DNA of 64,000 nucleotides from Halopseudomonas sp. (lineage in GTDB: Bacteria; Pseudomonadota; Gammaproteobacteria; Pseudomonadales; Pseudomonadaceae), in assembly GCF_041579695.1 (NCBI RefSeq), contig NZ_JBFGFI010000001.1, positions 15,369 to 79,368 on the forward strand, given 5' to 3'. Both the position numbers and the translations under genes were made by a program. Within the stretch, counting starts at the first letter, position 1; each line of letters starts with the position of its first letter. This document shows, piece after piece, positions 63,609 through 64,000 of this stretch. The notes below the pieces were generated by a model. That model did no database searches, was not told where the DNA came from, and saw only the letters and a list, made by a program, of their open reading frames with translations.

Positions 63609-64000
63609 ATGAGCCAAATCATCCCGAGTTACCTCAAGCATCACTTTCTGATCGCCATGCCACACATGGCCGATCCACGTTTCGTCAACAGCCTGATCTA
63701 CCTGTGCGACCATGATGAACAGGGCGCAATGGGGCTGGTGGTCAATCAGCCGGGCGACCTGAACCTGGCGGACATTCTCGAGCAGCTGCAGCCCGCCACC
63801 GACATGCCCGGTTCGATCGCCAGCGTACCCGTGTACAACGGCGGTCCGGTGCAGACCGAGCGCGGATTCGTGCTCCACCGCGGCGCCGAACAATGGGAGG
63901 CGAGCATGGACCTGGGCCCGCTGCAACTGACTACCTCCCGCGACATCCTGCTCGACATGGCCCACGGCAACGGTCCGCGCGAAGTGCTGATCATGCTGGG
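63609..64000 (+). CDS. algH: YqgE/AlgH family protein, 3'-truncated by window edge
   Basis: YLKHHFLIAMPHMADPRF, YLCDHDEQGAMGLVVN, GGPVQTERGFVLH. Confidence 0.92.
   Translation, partial: MSQIIPSYLKHHFLIAMPHMADPRFVNSLIYLCDHDEQGAMGLVVNQPGDLNLADILEQLQPATDMPGSIASVPVYNGGPVQTERGFVLHRGAEQWEASMDLGPLQLTTSRDILLDMAHGNGPREVLIML

Overview
High-GC Pseudomonadaceae chromosome; gene content and order suggest a Halopseudomonas-like marine or halotolerant lineage (inference). Most of the window is core genome: priA-argS-SPOR-hslVU, a class II PHA locus, ubiEJB-hisIE-tatABC-rsmE, dtd-pip, typA, glnA-ntrBC, trmL, gshA-tex-ompR/envZ (amgRS), the pil-chp cluster (pilGHIJK-chpABC) and gshB-tonB-algH. An accessory stretch of small genes lies at about 20.3-32.8 kb. 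I found no tRNA, rRNA, IS, integrase, prophage or CRISPR array. No clearly new multi-gene system is proven. The best leads are: (1) a remodelled PHA locus with a strongly diverged second synthase that keeps its catalytic triad, plus an extra PhaI-like phasin broken by a 1-nt frameshift that shares an upstream motif with phaI; (2) an islet with a 44-aa entericidin lipoprotein missing from the ORF track, a signal-peptide ATP-dependent DNA ligase (Lig E type) and a Vibrio-type PomAB stator with Na+-type residues; (3) a sigma54 promoter plus terminator defining an approximately 50-nt NrsZ-like sRNA behind ntrC. Start codons were chosen by eye from RBS position and family length. No database searches were run.
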